Of a stretch of 64,000 bases of DNA, positions 54,541 through 64,000 are shown one piece after another. Origin of the DNA: the human T2T-CHM13v2.0 reference genome, Homo sapiens; assembly GCA_009914755.4 (NCBI GenBank), contig CP086569.2:2336001-2400000 (forward strand), given 5' to 3'. The position numbers were made by a program, and so were the translations under genes. The notes beneath the pieces were generated by a model. The model saw only the letters and a list, made by a program, of their open reading frames with translations, ran no database searches and was not told the DNA's origin. Within the stretch, counting starts at the first letter, position 1; each line of letters begins with the position of its first letter.

Positions 54541-55384
54541 TCATTTATACATGCAGGAGCATAGCCTGGTCGTTTGCACCTGTTGTGGAACTGGACACAC
54601 TTCCGGTGTTCACAGGGCTCCTGCGGGTTGTTCTTGGACCCCTCGCCACCCACCGCCAGGTGCTTCCTGACGGTTGAGAGATGTTGTATGCCTTTGGTGC
54701 TGAGGAGTGGGGACGCTGGATGTTGACGATTATCCTAACTCTTCCTCCAGTTGACCAAACAGTCCAAGTCGACTTTTCCAAATTTTCCTGAATTTGGCTT
54801 TTCTTCAGTGCGCCAGAGATGGCCAGCCACGTTGAAGTAGCATTGAAATTGTTGTAATTAAAGACTGTAGAAACAGGGTAGCCTATCAATAATTCAGCAT
54901 GCCAGTTTCCTCATTCCGTGGGATTCCATGAGATTTTTTTTTAATGCATAATGCACGTGTCTTTCTGGGTTGTCTAGTGTTTCTACTATATTTTGGTTTG
55001 TAATTACAGGAAAGTTGCCAATAAAAAAGGGAGAATTTTGTTCCCCATGTTGTTTTCAGTACATATTCAAAATTGTTATTCATCTGTTTGAAAGGAACGA
55101 CCTGTTAAGAATAATACACAAAATGATCGTGTTTTTACACTATTTTAATTTCTACTAAGCTTGAAGGTCATCATTTATTTAAAACCTAGGCTAACATATT
55201 CTTACTTTTAGGCATGGAAGTGAATATTTAGAATGAGAAGAGAAATCACGCACCTTGTAAATTTTTTTAAGTTGCTGTTTTAAATATCACAAAAAGAAAA
55301 ATCGCATATCTTTTTTATCTCTATAATATTCAAATTTATTTTTATTTTTCTTGTTTCTAAGTTGACTCTTTTTTTCTCTCTTAG

Positions 55385-55417
55385 ATGGTGGTTTCGATTT
55401 ATCCGATGCCCTTCCTG
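55385..55417 (+). CDS. CD99: CD99 exon 2 (33 nt; residues (D)GGFDLSDALP)
   Basis: Acceptor ctctcttag|ATGGTGG. Donor G|gtgagt at 55418. Phase 1 in and out. Matches the CD99 protein. Confidence 0.88.
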
Positions 55418-56908
55418 GTGAGTATCAACATCATTTTTTAAAATCCCGTCAATATTTTATGTTAACATAGTATATACAGGCATATCCCAGCCATTTCCAG
55501 CTAGGTTCTAGACCACCGCAATAACAGGAGTCATAGCAATTTTTGGCTTCCCAGTACATATAAATGTTATGTTTACTCTCAACTGTAGTCTATTAAGTAT
55601 GCAATAGCATTACCTCTAAAAACAGTATACTCCAATTGAAAATACCTTATTGCTAAAAAATGCAGATACAGAGACAGGAAGTGGGGCACGTGCTGTTGGA
55701 AAAAATGATGCCGAGAGTCTGGCTTGCCACAGGGTTGCTGCAGGCCTTCCGTTTGTAAAACACACAGTATTTGCAAAGCACCTTAAGACAAAGTGCAGTG
55801 AAGGAGGTCCGCCTGTATGTGTCCACCTGCCTTATTATAAAAACTAGACTCATAGATGACGAGGAAAAGCAAGATGCCCTTGTTAAGATAAATGAACCAC
55901 CCTGGTGGAATAATTCACAGTCCTGTGATGGTCAGAGGCCGAGCAAAAACTTGCCAGGTCCTTGGGGAGGGGTCTAGAGGAGGTGAGCAAATGGAGGTCC
56001 CCAGGAGAGAGGGGCATCCAGTGCTGGCATCCTCCCTCTCGAAATCGGCACCCGCTGTCTCCATGGGGCCACTCCTTCCTTCTTCTGCAGCTCTTCCTGT
56101 CTCCCGCTCCTCACCCAGAGCCCTCGGTGAAGGGCATGGGAAAAGGAATTGAAGGAATTCCGTCTTATCACTCTTATCAGCTTCTGGGTCTTGTCATCCC
56201 TTTGTATTTGTTTTCCGGGGCTGCCATAAAAAGGTGCCACCAACTGGGGGCTTAAACCACAGGGATTTATCATCTTCCAGACCTGGACAACAGAAGTCTG
56301 AGATCAAGGTGTAGACAGACCCATGCTCCCTCTAGGGGCTCTAGGGGAGGGTCCTTCCTGCCTCTTGCGGCTTCCGGGAGCTCCAGGTGTCCCTGGACTT
56401 GTGGCCGCATCACTCCAGTCTCTGCCTCCTTCTCCGTGGGGCCTCCTCCTCTGTGTCTGTGTCTCCTTTTCTTTGTCTTACAAGGATACTTGTCATTGGG
56501 TTTAGGGCCACTCTACTCCAGGATTATCTGATCTCAAGATCCTTCTGTTAAGCACATCTGCAAAGACCCTATTTCCAAATAAAGTCTCATTACCAGGTTT
56601 TAGGCTTTAGGATGTAGATATATCTTTTGCGGGGACCACTGCTCAATCCACTGCAGTTATATCCAGTTCTTTTTGGTGGCTCTAGGGGAGGATCCTTCCT
56701 GCTTCTCCCAGCTTTTGAGGGCTCCAGGTGTCCCTGTGCTTGTGGCTGCATCACTCTAGGCTCTGCCTTTGTGAACGCTGGTCTCTTCCCTGTGTCTCCA
56801 TGTATCTAAATTTCCTTCCTATAAGGGCACCAGTCATTAGGACCTATCCTAATCTATTATAACCTCATCTTAACTGATTACAACTGCAAAGACCCTGTTT
56901 CCGAGTAA

Positions 56909-57605
<697 letters not shown>

Positions 57606-58030
57606 GCAGACACGAGCCACTGCACCTCGCCAGCTTTTAATTTTATGTCCTGTGGTGCAGTGCAGATGGTTTGAGCGGAAACAGTGCTGATGGGGATCAT
57701 CTCTTTCCTGACCACCTACCCCTTCTTGGCCCTTGGGAACAACCTTTCCCTGCAGTGGGAGGTGCCCTTAGTCTTACAGCCTCCACCTGATTTGCCTGAT
57801 TGGCTTCCATTCTCAGAGGGGGCAGCCTAGGCAGAGGCCTGACGGGGCCAAAAGTGTGTTTCATATGAGAAATGTGAACAGCCTTTCAGCCATCAATCCG
57901 GTGTCTCTCCTTCTCATGCATAGATCTCGGGCTCTGAAAAGGGCAGTTTTTCTCCTAACTTTGCCATTCTCCTGCCTTCCTGGCTTATGTCTCAGTCATA
58001 GTCCCATTCAACGTCAAGAAGTGGAGAAGG

Positions 58031-58542
<512 letters not shown>

Positions 58543-58571
58543 TTACTAACTGAAATATCTTATCTCTTTAG

Positions 58572-58619
58572 ACAATGAAAACAAGAAACCCACTGCAATC
58601 CCCAAGAAACCCAGTGCTG
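58572..58619 (+). CDS. CD99: CD99 exon 3 (48 nt; (D)NENKKPTAIPKKPSA)
   Basis: Acceptor tctctttag|ACAATG. Donor G|gtgaga at 58620. Phase 1. Confidence 0.88.
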
Positions 58620-58904
58620 GTGAGAAGGGCTTCTTCCTAGTATGCAAAGAAAAAGAGCAAATCATTTTCTCGGACAGCAGGACGGGACTTAGGCAACTAG
58701 AAAGAAGACAGAAGTGATTTGAGTGCTCCGGCTGGAGTCTGGTTAATAGTTAATACTGGAATTGTGTTATGATGTTACATTTCATGTAGTGATTCCAGTA
58801 AAAGAATGGTTGCTGATGTGAAATGTTTCGGGGCCATTTGGACAACATCTCTGTGTGCTTTTATTCTAAGGGTCTGAGTTACTCTGTCTTTAGATTTTCT
58901 TCCC

Positions 58905-59195
58905 TTTTTTTTTTTTTTTTTTGAGATGGCGTTTCATTCTTGTCTCCCAGGCTGGAGTGCAGTGGTGTGATCTTGGCTCACTGCAACCTCCACCTCCTGG
59001 GTTCGGTGATTCTCCTGCCTCAGATGCCTCAGTAGCTGGGACTGCAGGCACCAGCCACCACACCTGGTTAATTGTTGTATTTTTAGTCGAGACGAGGTTT
59101 CACTATGTCGGCCAGGCTGGTCTTGAACTCCTGACTTCAGGCAATCTGCCTCCCAAAGTGCTGGGATTACAGCCGTGAGCCACCATGCACGGCCT
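58905..59195 (-). mobile_element. Alu SINE
   Basis: Reverse-complement Alu consensus. Confidence 0.9.
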
Positions 59196-59242
59196 GTGTC
59201 TTTAGATTTCAACTTCCTAGGAGAGAGAGCATTTGGTGCTGA

Positions 59243-59635
<393 letters not shown>

Positions 59636-60625
59636 AATGCTGTTCTTTCAAACAAAAGTCAGAAACGAGGTCCACGTGATGGAATTGCCCAAGGGTCAAC
59701 CCCACTGGCGGATAAACAGAGTAAAAATGATGCTAAAACTTATGGCATCAGTGTCTTACAGCTAAGACACTGTCTTGTCTTAGCACTTCTGAGTTTTCTA
59801 ATATAAAACATTAATAGCTCCACTTCATTATTGGGCTTCCTGTCTAGAGTGTCAGCTCATGAGCAAAGGGACCCTGTGTCCCCAGATCCTTGAACTAAGC
59901 AATCATGCAGATAGCACCAATGAGTAGGTGTTGAGCGTCTGAATTTATACTATCATAGTCTCCTTGAGGAAGGGACTGGAAATTCCCATATGTCACTCAG
60001 GATGGCTCAGTACATGCTGTTGGGTGGATGCCAGCAACCATTCCTCCATCTTAGTTGGGTTTTCAAAATCATTCTTCATACTAGAAGACAAGATCTGAGG
60101 CCATGGTGAACTGTCACATCAGTTGCGGAGCACATATGGGTTGCTAGAGCCACGTTTTAGACACCCTCTAGCCTAAATCTGATCACAGTCATCTGTCCCC
60201 TTCTCTTAGGGTCTACCTTTCCAAAGTTGTTAGGGACCTGGGAGGAGAGGATGATGGGATGGGGAGTCAACAGGAGAAAATCATGTGCAGGCAGAATTGG
60301 AATTTCAACTTGGTCCAGGCAACACAATTCATTTATAAATTACTTTATTTCTCTCTCTCTCTCCCCCACTGCCTCTCCTCTGAGAGCTTCTCTCCTAGCT
60401 TTTTATCTGTCTCTGTCTCTCTGTTTTTTCCTCTTTTTATCTGAGAGAATAGTGATGTAAAAATGGTCAGGAATTCACTTTTTCTAATGAGATCCTGGTC
60501 AAGCTGATATTCAGAAAAGTATTTAGGAATGTGGGGCCGTGGTGTGTTTTTGATCTGTTCACGAGGTCATTCCTTCCTCGTTTCTCTCTGGAATTTGGTA
60601 TTAACTGCTCTTTCCCCTCTTTTAG

Positions 60626-60670
60626 GGGATGACTTTGACTTAGGAGATGCTGTTGTTGATGGAGAAAATG
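60626..60670 (+). CDS. CD99: CD99 exon 4 (45 nt; (G)DDFDLGDAVVDGEN)
   Basis: Acceptor ctcttttag|GGGATG. Donor G|gtgagt at 60671. Phase 1. Confidence 0.88.
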
Positions 60671-61320
60671 GTGAGTATTTTCCTTTAATCTCTTCTGCTG
60701 CTGATCTGCTTATTATCACCCAATTATGATCATTTCAGAGAGAATTCTCCCATTTAAATTATAAAGGGAACCAGTTTTCACAGTGGAAACCTAGGGAATA
60801 GGTGTGTCGGTTTGTTCTTGCTGTTGTCGTTGGGTTTTTCTTTACAACCAGTACGTGTGCTTTTATTTTAAAACTCTTACAGTCTTTGGAAGGACATGAG
60901 ACAAATGTGCCTACCCTGGCCAGGGCTGGCTTCACCAGCATGTGACCTGTGCAGTGGCACAGGACCCCATGGCATGTTGGTTTGGCATGGGAACCATACT
61001 GGTTTACTGCTCTGTTGCCGCCATCTTGGAATACTGAAGAAAATTTGAAAAATGGGTCCCACCTTTTTATTTTGGCCCTAGAAATTCTGTAGCTGGTGTG
61101 GACACCCGCTTTAATTTTTATTAAACATAGTTGACATTAAGAACTGTGGCTGAAAGTTGATGGGAGGAAACTGGCAGGAGACTGTGTGTGTACAGGTATC
61201 CCCACCAGGACAAAGGCCAAGGTCCAATTTCTGTTCAGGGAACCATCTGTGTGTAAACTGATGTTTCATTTTCTTTACTGCAAGGCACTTAAAATTGCAA
61301 CTCTCATCTTTCACAAACAG

Positions 61321-61389
61321 ACGACCCACGACCACCGAACCCACCCAAACCGATGCCAAATCCAAACCCCAACCACCCTAGTTCCTCCG
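61321..61389 (+). CDS. CD99: CD99 exon 5 (69 nt; (D)DPRPPNPPKPMPNPNPNHPSSS)
   Basis: Acceptor tcacaaacag|ACGACC. Donor G|gtaaga at 61390. Phase 1. Confidence 0.88.
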
Positions 61390-61580
61390 GTAAGAGTCTC
61401 TGACCCTGTGGGATGTCTTCATGTTGTTCAGAATTCAGCGATATTTATGTCAGCTGAGAGGAGGTGATTTCAGATGAGTGTGTGCTTACTGTTGACTGCC
61501 TGTGCAGTGTAATGCCCATGTTCATGTAATGGAAAATGTACATTTCAAAAATATATATTTAGCTTGGATTTTATTTTTAG

Positions 61581-61888
<308 letters not shown>

Positions 61889-62261
61889 GGACTAGTTTGC
61901 TACTTTTGTTTCCAAGTTCCATCTTATGGAACTTCTAAAAAATTGCATACAAGAATTTAAATGTAGACTTGATAAAGAGAAAAGTATTGGCATACACATT
62001 CCTTGTGGAGAAGCTAGTGTGTTTTAAATCTTTCTGCCCTTAAATATTTAAGTCAGTTTTTCTGACATATCACAGCATTTTCAGCGTAATTCGAATAGCA
62101 CCAGTTTTTTTTTTTTAGCTGAATGGTTGTCGAAAGTTTATATGTTTAGGTTTTTTTGTTTACATATTTAATTTTTAACACAGAAGAATATTAATGATGT
62201 CCATATCTTGTTGACATTTTGATGGCTATTTGTGCTAGTATTTTATATATCTTTTTTTTTT

Positions 62262-62565
62262 CTTTTTTGAGACAGGGTCTCACTCTGTTGTCCAGGCTAG
62301 AGTACAGTGCTGTGATCATATTAAACATAAGAGCATACCACAGCCTCCAACTCCTGGGCTAGAGAGATCCCCCTGCCTCAGCCTTTCAAGTAGCTGGGGC
62401 TACAGGCACACAGCATCGTGACCAGTTAGTTTTTTCATTTTTTGTAGAGGTGGGGTCTCAGTATGTTGCCCAGGCTGGTCTGAAACTCCTGGCCTCAAGC
62501 AGTCCTCTTGCCTCAGCATCCCAAATCTCTGAGATTACAGGCACGAGTCACCTCACCCAGCCTAT
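62262..62565 (-). mobile_element. Alu SINE (old, AluJ-like) in CD99 intron 5
   Basis: Diverged reverse-complement Alu. Confidence 0.8.
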
Positions 62566-63294
62566 ATATTAATCTAAATGAAATAAATTTTAAATAAAGT
62601 TCCAAGTCTTTTGTTTGTACTGCATTGTAACATTACTTTTTGCTTACTGATAGTCCATGAACATTTTTTCATGTCATGTAATCATTTCTATCGTATGAGT
62701 TTTACTGATAATCATGTACTATTACATACTACATATATAATTATATTCTTCCTGTAACTAATCCCTAATTCTGAAAATGTTATGTTTCTTCTGGCATTTT
62801 AGAATTATGAATTAACAAAGCAAATCTGAGTCAACTCCATGCGCTATTTTTATTCCTTTGAAGACATTTCTAGCATTCAAATAGTTTAGATCAACGTATA
62901 TGAGTACTTTCGTAGCTTTTGACCTGGTTGTTAATTTGCTGCAGATTTTTACCAATTTATTTTGATGCCAGGGGTGTGTGCAAATGTCCCTGTCTTCACA
63001 CCATCTCCAATATTAGTTATCACCTAGGAAACCTTTGCAAATAGTGTGAAATTTTCTATCAACTTTCTCCTGGTTTCATGACTTTACTTTTAAAATTAAA
63101 AAAAAAAAACAAACCTGCATCAATTGGCCGTGGATACTTCTTATTTTGTGTATTGTATGCTTTGCCTTTTATTCTTACATTCTGATATGACATTATTGAT
63201 TTATAAGCCTTCTTCATTTATTTACAGACATAAATATTGCCAGCATGCAATATTATGCTCACGTTTTTCCACTTTATTTATGGTTTTTTGTTTT

Positions 63295-63537
<243 letters not shown>

Positions 63538-63593
63538 TGAAGACCCTTGGAGGAGTTCCAGGTTGACAGGTGATGCTGTATTTTCTTTCCTAG

Positions 63594-63641
63594 GTAGCTT
63601 TTCAGATGCTGACCTTGCGGATGGCGTTTCAGGTGGAGAAG
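63594..63641 (+). CDS. CD99: CD99 exon 6 (48 nt; (G)SFSDADLADGVSGGE)
   Basis: Acceptor ttctttcctag|GTAGCT. Donor G|gtacag at 63642. Phase 1. Confidence 0.88.
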
Positions 63642-64000
63642 GTACAGTTATCTTGTTTTCTGTCTCTTTTCTCTCTCCATCCCATGATGCCCACCTGCTC
63701 TGTAGAATCACTACAGGGTCTAAACTGTCAGCTCTCTGTGAACTCACAGTGAAATGTTCAGCCATCTCTGTGGGAACTCCGCCTGTTTGCTGAGGCTTCA
63801 AGGATGTGGGAAGTAAAGGCTGCCCCGTAGAGGTTCGGTCCTCGGAGAAGAGTTCAGGGCCCAGGCAGCTGCCCCACTTTTCTGAGGGACAGGGCGTGAT
63901 GAATGGGCCCTTGTCACCACCTCCTCACCCATCCGTTCACCTGTGTGTTCTTGCAAATAACTAGTGTTGTTTCAGCTTCATTTTATTAGGCTGTTTTCTG

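Overview
This is human genomic DNA, very rich in primate Alu elements and GC-rich. The anchor is an exact match, from memory, to the CD99 (MIC2) protein sequence. This places the window in pseudoautosomal region 1 (Xp22.33/Yp11.3, identical on X and Y).

The CD99 start codon is at 32318 on the + strand. Six coding exons lie in the window (exon 1 at 32318-32384, then 55385-55417, 58572-58619, 60626-60670, 61321-61389 and 63594-63641). Each has a canonical splice site and each is phase 1. Exon 1 encodes exactly the signal peptide, intron 1 is 23 kb, and the gene continues past the window end. A CpG island of about 2 kb (roughly 31340-33460) with several Sp1 GC boxes forms a TATA-less promoter. 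About 2.5 copies of a roughly 200-bp tandem repeat sit directly upstream of it.

The 31 kb upstream of CD99 is the intergenic region toward the CD99P1 side, and I see no convincing coding sequence there. It holds about 60 Alu copies, giving Alu alone about a quarter of the window. It also holds L1 3'-end fragments, MLT1 MaLR LTR fragments, and several long simple-repeat arrays:
- three same-strand CATC/CCAT-type tetranucleotide arrays of 250-950 bp;
- a 590-bp pyrimidine/purine tract;
- two CA-rich complex minisatellites in intron 1;
- a (GT)26 microsatellite.

Every long ORF in the supplied track is either a translation of a simple repeat or Alu, or a GC-rich chance ORF in the CpG island. This is a eukaryotic window, so no operon-type system is expected. 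The observations worth a second look are structural: exon-pair duplication inside CD99, tandem repeats in the promoter, and local segmental duplications that carry Alus.
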